From Camelus ferus (Eukaryota), in the NCBI RefSeq assembly GCF_009834535.1, contig NC_045697.1, positions 64,606,001 through 64,670,000 on the forward strand: 64,000 bases of DNA, in the 5' to 3' direction. Both the position numbers and the translations under genes were made by a program. Shown here one piece after another: positions 51,235-64,000 of this stretch (within the stretch, counting starts at the first letter, position 1; the number at the start of each line of letters is the position of its first letter). Under the pieces are notes generated by a model, which worked only from the letters and a program-made list of their open reading frames with translations, was not told where the DNA came from and did not search any database.

Positions 51235-52410
51235 AGTGATATTTATTGAATGCTATTTATGTGCTAGGATCTGTGCAAACTGTTTTATATTGATTAATTA
51301 AGTAACCTGAGTGCCTCTGCATGTATTGTGTTTGAATACAATATAGTGGGAGTACATTGTAGGAATTAGAACTCATACAGTTGTGGGAGTAGATTGGGAA
51401 ATGAAGGTATAGAGAGGGGAGTTAGAAGATCTGAGGAGAATTCACCAATCAGCCTTCCTACAGCACTCACTGCTTGGTGACATAGGAGCTCACAGGAGAA
51501 TGCTAAGAACCAAGCCATACTCAGTTGCTGAAGTGGGCCTGCAAATGAGAACTTATGGAGGGGTCAGTTAGAAGCTTTCGCTTCTGTGAGCTCTATCTCC
51601 TTTCACCCACTGTCAAGTGGACCCAAAGCTCCTGTTGTTCAAGTAGTGTTACTAGTTGGAAAGAAGAATTTGACAGAAAAGAAGAGGGGAAAGATAAGCT
51701 GGAATCTGCTGGGAACCTCTGCATCACAAACCTTCAAGGTATTGCTCTAAATACTAGGGATTCAGTAGTGAGTGAACAATACAGAAAAAGTTCCTGACTT
51801 CTTATAGACTACATCCTAGTGGTAGAGCCAGAAAATAATTGAAATATTTAATTGCAAGCAGTGGAAAGTGCAGCAAGAATAATTAAGCTGTGTAGAGAGT
51901 AGATTGTGGTGAACCAATGGTAGAAACATGGAAGAAGAGGCTATTGTGATAGTCTAAGTGAACAATGATGATAGCTCAAATTGGGAGGATAGCCTAGCCA
52001 TCCTAGTGGTGAGTAATGCTCATATCATGAATCTCTTTTATAGGTAGATCTAGGTAACAAGATTTGCTGATGGACTGACTATTTCTTCTCAAAGAAGAAA
52101 ATAGAGTTAAGGATGATGCTGATGTTTTTGAGCAAATAAGTGGAATTTTAGTGGTATTTGCACAGGTGAGGAAGGATGGGACGAGGGAGTTTGGGGGAGA
52201 AATGAAGATCTACTGAATGTCAAAGTAGAGACTTTATGTTGATTAGGCGATGACAGAAAAGAGGGTTGAGATCAGGGGAGAGGTGGAACTTGAGATACAC
52301 ATTTTGGAGTTATGTGAGTCCATAATATATTTAAAGATGGAAATACTGGAAGAGATCAGTCGGAAAGATGATGTAGAGTTTAAAAAGGGTAGAGCTGTTA
52401 TATTTTGGTG
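51235..52410 (-). mobile_element. L2 LINE fragment, probably interrupted by an ERVL-type LTR fragment (about 51320-51740)
   Basis: atatttattgaatgctatttatgtgctagg...; gaggctattgtgatagtctaagtgaacaatgatgatagctc; gagatacacattttggagttatg; the central segment is GC-richer and LTR-like (weak call). Confidence 0.55.
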
Positions 52411-54479
52411 CATATGTTTAAACAGAAGGGTAGTACTTCTTATGCATAATCTTATAACATCCCCTTTTCCTTTACAAATATTAGAGCTAACTTTTAATAG
52501 TAAGTTCAATACTTTAGAAAAAAACTTAAACATGCAGAAGTTGAGTGCAAGTGAGATCCAGGGTCACTGAATTATAAAGCCAAAAGTAAGTTAGCTTTCT
52601 TTTTGAACAGAGATGTGGATGGGGATGAGCTGCGAATTGTTCTCAATAACCAAAACAAAAGAAAGACAGTAAACTAAAATAATTACATTAGGAGTTTTAT
52701 AATATTCACAAATTTAAAAATAGAAGAAGAGAGGCTGAAAAGGATAAGTTGCTCTGGAAATAACTGGGGGCGGGGGGACTCTGTAGCCTTCACTGCATTT
52801 CATGTTGTGTTAAAACCATTTCATTTAAATTGTCCAAGATAATAGTACCCACTGTGGCAAGTAGAATTTGGGTTTCTTACAACGTCCCATTATTGAAATG
52901 AAATTCAATAAATATAGTTCTACAGGGGACCAAGCAGTCTGATACAAGTTCATAGTTCTTTAGTAGTCTGTCTTGATCCATGATAAAATTAATTTATTTC
53001 AGGCAATCTTCCATAAAATTCTCTCAACCAGGATTTGATGATTGGAGAGAAGAGTTCAAGGTTATCCTCTCTGCAAAAGACCTGCACCTCTTTTTATTCC
53101 TAGCCATCTGTGATTTATATATGACACTATGTATTCTATTTTTTCTATAATCACTAGGGTATTGTATGTAGTATTGGACGGTACTCAAAATACTCTGTGA
53201 TCAGTGTGATATGGCAAGGAGACCCACTCCTTTTGATGAAGTAACTTGGCTTTTTAATTAAAGCTGCAAACTTGGGAGTGATAAACTTTTTGGTGGTTAA
53301 GAACTGCTTATGATAATGAGTAGAGTGATAAACTGGAAGTAATTACCTATGACCAGTAACACACAAAGCAAAAAAGAAAAAAAAAATGTAGTAGTTGGGA
53401 ATACCTGTTATATAGCTTTAAAAAGATTAACTAAAATAGCAACAAAACCCCCCACCACTTAATATATAGAAAGAAAGTCTCAAGATCAATGTACGAGTTA
53501 ATTTAATCTTATTTCCTCGCCATTTCTACATGGTAATAATATTTTTTGAACTAAGTGAAAACACAAGGATGCATTTCTAGCTCTTCTACTATTTCAACAA
53601 AAAATTGTCCACCTACACCAATAGGTTTAACAACAAAATGGACTATTTTTTATATTCCTACAAGTAAGCAAAGACTCAAAAATTGCTTGTAAAGAGAGAA
53701 GCTAATAACCAAGTATTTACTAGAAATAAAACAACTTAATGAATGAAAACAAAACACAATTCCCATGACTATCTAAACTGTATTTCAAATGGTAAAATTA
53801 AGTTTTAAGTTGTTATTAAACACTTTAGTAAGGCAGTTAAATTTTCAATTGTGCAGATTTTAGCAGAATCTTTGAGGTTATTTTAATAATGACAAGAATT
53901 TTTTGGCTACCAAGCAAAACAAGCATCTTATATCAAATAGTTTAAATGTAAGTTTCTGTAGAAAATAAGTAAGGAAGATGATTTTTTCCACAGGAGTATG
54001 ATTATTAAGTCGACAATGCAAATTTATCCAAGAAAATTCTGTCTTTGAAGTGTGCTAAAGGGTGGCTGGTTTAGATATGGCAATTAATCACTGTATTATT
54101 TATAGTACTTTAGGAACAGCTCACAGTACATTAATCAGGGATAACTTTTGCTTAATTAAGAAGACTGCCAAAAATTTCAAATGTGAGCACGAAAACACAA
54201 TTGAGTAAATATGTATACACATATTAGCTAAGAACTGATAATCACAAAATGAAAAAATTTAAATTGCATCGAAATCATTCACCTGTTAAGCTTTTATGCT
54301 TTCATTGGTTAGTTTCTGAATTAATGCTTTCTTCCCAGGTTTGGAAAGTACAGTTTGATGCATCAGGTAATCTGTATTGTATGATGTTTCAATTTAGACC
54401 AACCCTCCACTAGTATGTTTGTAGTTTATTCTGTATAGACAGCTGCTTGTTTCCCTACATGGATTGAGAGACTTAACTG

Positions 54480-54710
54480 GCGTTCCAAGGCTGGAGTTAG
54501 ATTACCTAATTTAAATTTTGGCTCCATCATTTCCCAGCTGTGTGTCTTACAGCAAAGTTAATCAACCTCTTTGTATGCAGCCTGTTTCATAATTTACTAA
54601 AAGGGGCTCATAATGCCACTTTACTTACAGGGTGGGTATGAGAATTAAATTAATGTATTTAAAGTATTGAGCAGTATCTAACTACAGAATAGATATTAGC
54701 TACTATTTTA
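54480..54710 (+). mobile_element. MIR SINE
   Basis: ggctggagttagattacct...ggctccatcatttcccagctgtgtgtcttacagcaaagttaatcaacctct...cagggtgggtatgagaattaaat. Confidence 0.75.
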
Positions 54711-55358
54711 ATTTGTGTTATTATGATCAGAAATGATGTACTCTACCTTCACTAGCTTTCCTTAGTCCTAGTCTCTTTAACCTCTGAAATGTGTCCTAAT
54801 CCCACTCATTTTCTTTCCTTTTAGCATCTCACTTCAGCAGTTACTGAGCAGCTGAGCAACTGGTGTATGCATAGTACAAATACAATAAATGCTTTATGTT
54901 TTAAACATACAGTTCAGCTTTTCTGTGGAACTTATATTTGATACATATTTTGCATGTTTCCATATGTATTTGATCAGTTTCATATGTCCAAAATTCATGT
55001 TGGATTTTGTGAAACTATAACTAATAATGAGACCCTGGTGTAGTTACTACCAATCAGCATTGAAATACTTGAGAATAACACAAATACCTAGGACTTACAT
55101 GTGCAGAGTGTGTGTGATAGCATGATACACAAAGAGCGAGCTTTAGAGTGATGACTGAACCAGGAAAATGGAAATCTGGTTGGACAAAGTAAATGCTGGG
55201 TTAAAGCAGTTAAAACAGTGTGACAAGGTTGAATGCAGAAGATAGTGTTCGTTAAGACACTCAGGTTTGTGAAGTGCAATAACATCGGAATATTTCAGTA
55301 CTTTCTGAAAAGGAAATACAACAGCAAAGAACAAGAACAAATTTATTTTCTTTGATTC

Positions 55359-55462
55359 TTTTTTTTGTATATTTATTTTTTATTGAAGTGTAGTCATTTT
55401 ACAATGTTGTGTCATTTTCTGTTATACAGCATAATGCTTCAGTCACACATGAATATACATAT
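55359..55462 (-). mobile_element. Very short L1 3' terminus
   Basis: Poly-T, then ttattgaagtgtagtcattttacaatgttgtgtcattttctg, matching the L1 ends at 9066-9143 and 14096-14190. Confidence 0.85.
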
Positions 55463-58400
55463 GGACAATATTCCCATATTCAGGATTAAAAGACTTTTGA
55501 TTATACATTATGTATAATCCACCTTGTTTTTTCACCTTGTCCTTCCAGTAATCTAGGCCCAGTTTTATGGACCTGAAGGGGCCTTGTTGCCTGTCTTCTC
55601 TCCCTATATAATATGCTCACAGAGAATAAAGTCACCTCCTAAGAAATCTGAGATCAACTGACATGGAATTAATATTAAGCCAGTTAACTAATCAGTGGCT
55701 CATGGGTTTTAGAATGGAGGAAGGTGGGTACAACTGCCTATGTTACTGTCTGGACACAGGTTTTTGACCAGTGGTATCTAAACTCACTGGGTTTATATAA
55801 TTTCCTTTTAATCTCACTTAGTAGGGTCTCAGTTCATATTGAATTACTAATCAACGGATTTAATTCTGAATTCAGTCTTTCATTTGTTTGCACTCTCATT
55901 GGCTTGATAACTTCTTGAACTGTGTTCTGACAGAGTATCAGAAGGATGCTCCAAATAACACTTAATTTTCATTCTCATGTTAATCTTATTTTCTCTAATA
56001 TCAATTCTAGCTTCTTTAGTGTCTCCCAATTTATGGGCTAGTATTTACACTGTATGATACTGATCTATTATGTTCCCTACAGTGTATCCCAAACACATTT
56101 TAACAGATGAAAGAAGAAATTAGTGGAATGGGAGAAATGGCACCATAACATTGCAAAAGACAACATACATAGTTTTGTGCAACTTCAGACTAAATCAAAA
56201 CCCATTTTATTGGTAGAAAATATTTTGTTGTTGTTGTTAAATGCTTTGTTTTCACAGTCTATCTTAAATAAATAAAACATAAGAAAGATTAACTAAGAAA
56301 AGCTGGCACAATGAATGATCTCTAAATTCTCTATCTTACTATTCTTTATATAACTGCATGATGGAAAACTAAATTTTTAAGCAAATGTAAGTAAAGAGAT
56401 CATCACAGGAAGATTAATTTTTTAAAAAGTAATGAATAGTGGATTAGTATTTTTTTCCTCAGTTATCTTGGTTCCATTTGATTGTCAAGTTTATTTAACT
56501 GAATTAAATGCTAAAATGAATTTTAAAAGTGCAAAGTTTTATAGTAGATAATTTAGTTTTGTATATTTTCTTATCTTAATGAATGTAAATTTCTTGTGTG
56601 TGTTTTCTGCTTTAACTGATAAACAGAAAATATTTAAAGGCTTATCAAAAATCAAGCTATTGTGAAGGAAATGGTGTGCTTTGTGTTTCCTTGGAGATTA
56701 GGATTATTATTTTATTTTAAATATTTGATTACTGCCGGTAAAACAGAATATTTTTGAATAGCATTTTGATTGACATTTATTTTCCAAGTTTCTAAACAGT
56801 TTACTGGAAGCAGTGCAATAAATTCATCTTTGTTCTTACTGTCTTGTCTTCTCTTCTTTCCTTTAACTTCTGACATTTCCCTAGATGATTTTGTTTATTA
56901 CAGTTTCTAAATTTTTAACAAGAGAAACAAAGGAGGAGAACATAAGTATAATCAATTTATTTCTTCTTTTGGACAGATGGTACATACATACAAACTTTTC
57001 CCATTATATTAATGAAATATAATATTTACAATAATTTTCTCTTTCACTGAATACTTTTACTTTGTATACTATATTACATGTTATCTTATTTTCTAATAAG
57101 AACAACTAAGTACACTAGGTTAGTTATTTACCATACTTTAGAGATGAAAAGCATGAATATCACAGATATTATATGAAGCTAAGAGCTACATCTCCTGACT
57201 ATTTTGTTTCTTTTACTATGCTACTTCTGTGATGGTTAAAATAATATTTTAATTTATCATCTTAGTAATTAATTTATCCCTTTCCATATAAACTGACTTA
57301 CAAATATTAAATGAAGATTGAAAGAGAGAGCAAGCAAGCAAAAAATAACAGCGGATTCCCAAGTGGAACCTAAAATGAGACCAAAAATTTGTATCATATG
57401 CTTACCAAAGGTGGGTTTTTTAGCTATCAGTTTTTTGGCAGCCAAATTTAAAAGGGAAATCTAATCAGTTCATGGTGCCCGCAAGATAAAACCAACCAAT
57501 TATTCTTTGAAATGAAAAACTGTACTCAATAGTAATATCAGACTAGAAATTTTCCAAGTGGAGTGGCTCTCCCAGACACTGTAATATAATAAAATTATTC
57601 TTAACATCATTCTTCAGGAGATTCTGCAGTGAATTTCATGGATTCATTCTTGTCTAACCTAGGATGGCATTATAGCAAAATATAGTTCAGCAAAAGCAGT
57701 TTATGGAGAAGTTTGTGAAGTGAAATAGAGGGATTGCCTGGTTAGAACAAAGAGTATATGTATATTTAGGACTTTGAGTAGCCTTCTTATTCATCAAGCA
57801 ATCTTCCCTCACTGCTAAATTATCAATAAATATAAGCTTACAATGCATTAAGATTATACTATCTACCTTGTGTCTGTAATGAACTTAAAGTCTGTTAAAA
57901 TCAAATTCACTGGACTTAAAAAGTCATCAGAATGGGACAAGATAGGTGTGATACATTTAAGTGAAAGTTGGAGAGATTAGAAAGGACAAAGGCTTAATGT
58001 GAACACATCCTAACTCTACTTGGATGCAAACCAAGTAAATAAAATTCAGATGGAGTAATTTGGTATTATTTAGTTTTCACATATGTCATTTTTTTGGTTT
58101 ACATAAATTTATTATCTTTTAGGAAAAGATTTCAAATGAAATAAAATATCTTCTAATGGTAAAATTTTGTCTAACAAGGAAATTAATATAATAGGTATGT
58201 AGATAGAGTTAAATAGGTTTCTCTGAAAATCACCTGTATTTTCTATTGAATATCATAGAAAATACTAGTATAAAAGTTTAGCCCCCTTAAATCCATTTAG
58301 TAATGTAGAAAGATCAAATGTGTAGAAGTAGAAAATCAGTTGCTGTTGTTGATCATATGGGGATGGAATTTCACCAGTTCAAATTCTTACTTTAATTCTG

Positions 58401-58619
58401 TGGCAACTAACTAGAGTCTGAAAGGACTTACTGATATCCAAGAATATTATATATTTATAATATAGGTTTATTTTCTGTATGTTGTATCAAAGGATCATAT
58501 ACTTCTCCATTTTTATATTTATTGAGCCATTTGCAAGTTGATACCCCACCTGCACTTTTCCTACAGAACTGTTTCGTTCTTAGACTACCAAGTTATCTTT
58601 GTATTTTCATCTTTGACAG

Positions 58620-58727
58620 GGTTGCAGAGATCATTGGAAGATTTTACAAATTTCCTTATAAAGTATGTAAATTGTTTCAGCCTGAGTGTAGCTTTGTGAT
58701 CAAGAAAATTCTTGACAGAAAAGAATA
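58620..58727 (+). other. Candidate exon of an unidentified host gene (43 nt to donor 58663, or 108 nt to donor 58728)
   Basis: Strong acceptor ttatctttgtattttcatctttgacag|G; donors AAA|gtatgt and ATA|gtaagc; open frames LQRSLEDFTNFLIK or VAEIIGRFYKFPYKVCKLFQPECSFVIKKILDRKE; no repeat recognised in the surrounding sequence. Confidence 0.4.
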
Positions 58728-61700
58728 GTAAGCCGTAACTATCAGAAAGTAAACAAGGATCAAACCTAGCTGAAAGCAGTATGCATAAAGACAATGTCGA
58801 GTATGCGAAGAAGATTGAGATATTTTATGACGTGAATAACAGAAATATGCTATACCTGTCATGAGAGCTTGTGTATCTAAATCAGAGCAGGTATTATTTC
58901 CCTTCTGCTTCTTTTATGTCAGATAATACTTCCTGAGAAATACTTGGTAAACTGACTCCTGCATGGAGCAAAATAAACCAGAGAGTGAATCTATGTGTAT
59001 CACAAAGTATGAAAACTTGCTGAAGGTGTTAGGTTGTTTGTCCTGGAGAAGAAAGGGTTTTGACTATTTTCTCCCAGTACTGGCAGAGCTCTCATATAGA
59101 AGATGGTTTAACTTTTCCATGCCCCTGCAGAGGAGACCTAGGATTCATGGATGAAGTTGTAATGAGGGAGCCCTCAACTTACTGTGAGGAATAACTCTCT
59201 AGGATTGGTTCTAGGGTGGGCTCCTTTAAGAAGTAGCAAGTGGATGTATTTTCATAATGAGGTTATATCAGAGTAGCCTGATAAACTGGGTTCTTTTTAT
59301 CCTTGGGTTTCCTTTAGACCTTATAATAGAATTTGTGTTGTACCTGACGCTGTTTGGTATAGTTTTGGGGAATATAGGGATCACTGTGCCTTGTGAGAAG
59401 ATACTAAGATTCATATGGAACTTCACAGAGAGATTTTTCTTAATAATGAGAATTTGGACTATCTTCTATGTCTTCATACTGAAAAAAATTAACATATAAT
59501 GGATCCTGCTCTCTATGAAAGCATATTCAGAACTTGCAGACATCGCATTAAATTCATAGTTGCCTTTAAATGAATGATTCTTGGAGGACAAATAATGACA
59601 ATATCTTTAAGTAACCATTAATATATAAAAGTGCTTTTCTTTGGTGGATGGACAACAAACTTTTAAATAAATAAATATGAACATGCTAAGTGTTAAGCTG
59701 ACCAAAATTCAGGGATGTATATATAATGAATTAAAATTTTCTTGGCACCCTGAAGATGTGGCAATAAAAAAACATCTTGTAACATCCTCTTTCAAGATGA
59801 CAGTCTGAGAAATGGATATTTTGCAGGGCTGCAAAATTCAATGCATGTTTTCTGGACATCTAATTTTACTTTATTTATGAAACACCACTACTATTCTGCC
59901 TCTCTTGGGTTTTTGTGTTTGTTTTCATTTATTTATTTGTTTAATTGACATATACCTTTGCTATTTCTAACTGTGAAGTGTACAAATAATCTTGAACAAT
60001 TACAATCCAATGGAAGATTAACAAAGATAATACTGCATAATAACTGATTATAGAATTCCTCTATAGGTTGTGTGTAAGTACACACATATATACAAGTACA
60101 TGTACATATATGAAATAAATACACAAATATACCCACATATATTTCTTACTCAAGACAAAAGGAAAACAATCTCCTAAATACTTCATGTGTTTGATAATTT
60201 CTTAAGGAACAATGTACTGATTTGAGAAAAATAATAGATTCTTGTCCCCAATATAGAACATTTATTTAAAGTCATGCATTTTTGCATTTAGTGTTTATCA
60301 TATGAAATAATAGGTGTTGCAAGCTTTATGGACTAAATATAGTACTATAAAATAAAACAACTTGGTTTAGCTATAGTGTTGGCTGTAGCAGTTTTTAATT
60401 AGTGCATGACTAAATTATGAATGCTTGGAAAGTGATTAAATATTGAAGGAAATATTCTAGTTTGTTTTATAAGTACCTATCTATAATTGACAAAGATGTT
60501 TGTATTAAAATCATGTGGACCTTATACTTTTTAAAAATAAATTTTACATTAAGAAATAAGAGGCTTAAAATTCAGATGTGTAAAAATATTGGTGCACTGA
60601 TGTTTTACAGTATTGACCAGTTACTAACCCTTCATTGCTGAATGATTTGAAAAAAACAATGCAGTAATGTCTCTCCAGGAATGCTTAATATATTGTTAAT
60701 AAATGTTTGAATGGTCTGGAATGGAAATGTCTTTATATTTCTGATACTTGATTATTCATATTTCCTTTTCTGCTTAACCCAAACATTTTACTAACAAAAT
60801 CAACATGTAGACTATCCTAGTCAGACATCAAAGCAAACTTAATAACTTGTTCTTCCTCCTTTCTGCATATTGCATATACATGTCAACTTGTGGAAATTGA
60901 GGCTCCATTAAATTGAATTGCTTGGGCTCAAGGCAAACTACCACCTTTAGAATAATACATAAAGAAAGCAAAATTACTTAGATGTTTTATTGCTTATTAA
61001 AATGTCTTATACCTCAATATGAATTTCAATGCCTTGGAGTTTTTCTTTGAACTCTCCTTACTAGTATTGGTTTCTCTTGAACCATGTTAATATGCTTTTG
61101 TTTTTGAAATTTATTTTTCTTCCTGCAAATGTACAACACCATATAATGATTGCCTGAGTTATTTTCAGGCCATTCACAACTTTCATATTTGGTATTGTAA
61201 TCATTTTATGTGTACATATGTCAGAAATAACACAAAAATTCATGCTGATGTCAGCAGTGTTTTGAGTTTTTTTTTTTTAAATTTAGGGTACAATTATAGA
61301 CATTGCCAAAATCAAATCAGCTGGTCAGTTTATGTGTTTCTACAGTCTACAGTCTAGACCAACTATTTCACACACTTGTGACTTAAGCTTAGGGGGAAAA
61401 AAAAGCATGGGGCCGAGGGAGTGGTATGATGTATTTGTCATAAAACATCAGGCTGCCAGGAAGTTGGAGCCGAAATCTAAATGCAGTGATTGATTATCAC
61501 CTTATTGCACGTACTTCTGTGTGCCCATACACCTTGACCTTTTATCTTAATATCTGACATTCATTTTGTTGGAATTTTCTTTGTTTTTATTTCAAAATAT
61601 GTATTTGATAAGCTATCAAAATCAATTTTAGCCTTGTACTGGTAGGATTCTAGTGTTACGTAATTTTCATAAATGAAACAGTCTAACATTTGTATGGCAG

Positions 61701-62579
61701 ATTACTTTTCTGTTTCTTTTTCTTCTTTTTTTTAGTATCTGTTATTTTAGCTCCAGGCATGTGTTCATGCTGATTGTCCCAGCTCTTCATTGGCTATTAT
61801 GCTACCTAATTAACCAATGTCTTACTTTCACTGAAAAACCCCAGCGGTGCTTTCTAATATTTAAATATTTCTGAATTATTTTCTTTGCTCTGATGTAATC
61901 CTCAATAAGATCTTTAAATACTTAAAACCTTGCTCTTTTAACAGCATTTCCAGTGCAGTGCAATTATTCATGTAGTAGCTTATGAAATTACACCCAAATG
62001 TAGTAAAATGGGTTTTCGTCTTACTGCCAATAGTTTAAGAGAGCTTCATAGCATATTCTGCTTCCTCTCAAATGTAGGTGCCACTTATACTATGAAGATT
62101 AATGAAAAAAGGAGCCTTTGGTTTTCTTTTTGAACACCTTTACCAAAGTCTCTATGTCAACATAATTAATGCTGAATGCCAGAATATATTTAAAAAAATT
62201 CAGCGCAGTTGGAGAGTTTATTTACCTGATTGATGCATTTTTGGTATCACTTCTGCTATTTAAACACATAAGTAGATATTCTTTCAAAAACGTGAAGGTG
62301 GCTAACTTTTTCAGACAAGTCTGTAAGGAATTGTTAGAAACAGTAATAGCCAGAATCTGAGTTGGCTTAACCAAAGGTAAGTTATATCTGTTACACCTCA
62401 TTTATTTCTTTGTTTATTTGTTTTTTTTTTTAATGATAGGATTGTGGTTTTTAAGCAAATGTAGTCAACATCACATATCTAGACTTTAGCAAGATGTGAT
62501 TGCTCATCATCTATTGAAAATATCTAATATTTATAAAAGGCTTATTATGTAGTTGACATTTCTAATTATTTCATATTTC

Positions 62580-62730
62580 TTAACTTATTTGATCTTGTCA
62601 ACTGTTCTATGAAGTAGGTGATATTATTTTCTTCATTGTATGGAGTAAATTCAGGCCAAAAATAGCAGGTAGGTCATTTGAATCCCAGATTGTCTGGCCC
62701 TCAAATTCAGGATTTTAACCACAATATTAT
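62580..62730 (-). mobile_element. MIR SINE fragment
   Basis: ttctatgaagtaggtgatattatttt...atttgaatcccagattgtctggccctcaaattcaggattttaaccac. Confidence 0.7.
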
Positions 62731-64000
62731 ATCCCAATCAATTGATAGTGATTGGATGCCATGAAATCTTTGCCTTTACCCTTCAAGTGCCATATCAGCA
62801 TATAAAAGTGGAGGAAGACTTCTGTTAGGAGCTTTAGAGCTCTTGCCAGAATATTATCTTATTTGTTTGAAATCTTTATCAGTCATGAAGAGATTGAAGG
62901 AACTTATATCATACTTGAAGGGTAAAGCTGAGAGAAAAAAGTTGATATGTTAAGTGACAGATGTGGGATACAAAAGGAGAAATGAGATAAATCCTAGAAT
63001 AATTGTAACAGGTATAAATATAAGGTACTATGATTGAATCCAGTCAACCAAGAAACAAGGAGAACATAAGGAAGAGCTGATTTAGGAACAAGTCATGCAT
63101 TTTAGGGATTTGAATAGAGGCTAGCCCTACTGTGGTTTAGTTCCCAAAAAGGTCAACTTAACGTTAGATAGGCTGCATTAATGTCTTACTTGATTTATTG
63201 AGTAGTTTTACCTTGTTAGGGCATAGTTCTGAATTTTTCCCCAATTAATATTTTTAGCTCTGATAATCATTTCCCATGCTTTAATGCCATTTGTATAAAT
63301 TTTACATTTTTTTCTAATCCATTATGTTATTAAAATTCAGTTAAAACTCTATTCTCAAATTTGATTTGAATTGTATGTTCTTCCCTCTCCCCTGTGTGGC
63401 CTTAAAGTGAGACAGTGATAGCTTAGAGTGGAAAGGAGGTAGATCATGGGCTGAGATACATGTCTCCCTCTTTATTTTTAAGGTATAACTACTCCAATGT
63501 GTAAACTCAGAGAGGAGAGAGCAGAAAGTGCTAAGTGTATCTTTATTCAACAGTTGCTACTATTGTTCTTTCTTTGCTTTGAAAACTTGTGTGTGGTTCT
63601 CTCCTGAGCCTCAATGTGAATTCTTTAGATGTACCCCACTATAAAGTTCTCTGATATGGAAGGCCCATTCTGAATCCAGGCTAGCCTTCATTAGAGGAAA
63701 CTCATAGCTATACCCTCAAAACCTCCTTGATTTGGGTATCATCTCATGTACCATTTAGTGACCTTAGCCCAGCTACATTTTGTGTTCACTTGACTCTTGG
63801 AAACTTAACCTATGACAACTGTCGGTGTTTACGCTGCTCCACAGTAATACCTTGCAAAGACTGAGGGACCACTTGGGTGAGATGCAGAGAATAGAAATCT
63901 CTGCATAAAGCAGAGGTTCTTAAATTTTGCCTGGTAACTTTTAAATTAATGGAGAGTCCTAGATTTCTTCTGTAGCACCCTTTTTTGGTTTCTATTCAGC

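Noticed and set aside
62300..62385. Perfect donor AAAG|GTAAGT with a putative exon at 62315-62376
   Set aside because: Short pyrimidine tract, branch-like ctaac too close to the AG, and stops in all three frames
1..64000. Remaining 60-105 aa ORFs in the track; search for CRISPR arrays, operons, tRNA/rRNA and known miRNAs
   Set aside because: The ORFs are L1 or Tigger fragments, their antisense shadows, or random AT-rich frames. I saw no regularly spaced repeat array, no tRNA or rRNA, and no recognisable mature miRNA.

Overview
This is AT-rich, CpG-depleted eutherian genomic DNA with no CpG island, no long cellular ORF and no prokaryotic or CRISPR-type features. It looks like the interior of very long intron(s) of an unidentified gene. 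Transcription is probably on the + strand, since most strong splice-site motifs I found are on +. The young L1 3' ends and the absence of recognisable Alu, B1, Bov-A/BovB, PRE-1 or Can-SINE elements suggest a camelid-like cetartiodactyl (inference). Most explainable structure is transposon-derived: a full-length degraded Tigger1, several 5'-truncated L1s (two with twin-priming inversions, one with a possible 3' transduction), two ERV1-type solo LTRs, L2, L3/CR1, MIRs, a MER46C-like MITE and a MARNA-like mariner remnant. There is also a 3'-truncated U2 snRNA pseudogene. The most notable other signals are a 64-nt near-perfect hairpin (13314-13377), several recursive-splice-like YAG|GT motifs (best at 49369 and 533), candidate small exons (58620, 469) and a paired RFX-like motif. 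I found no convincing evidence of a new biological system. Repeat family names come from recalled consensus sequences, not a search, and most repeat boundaries are approximate.
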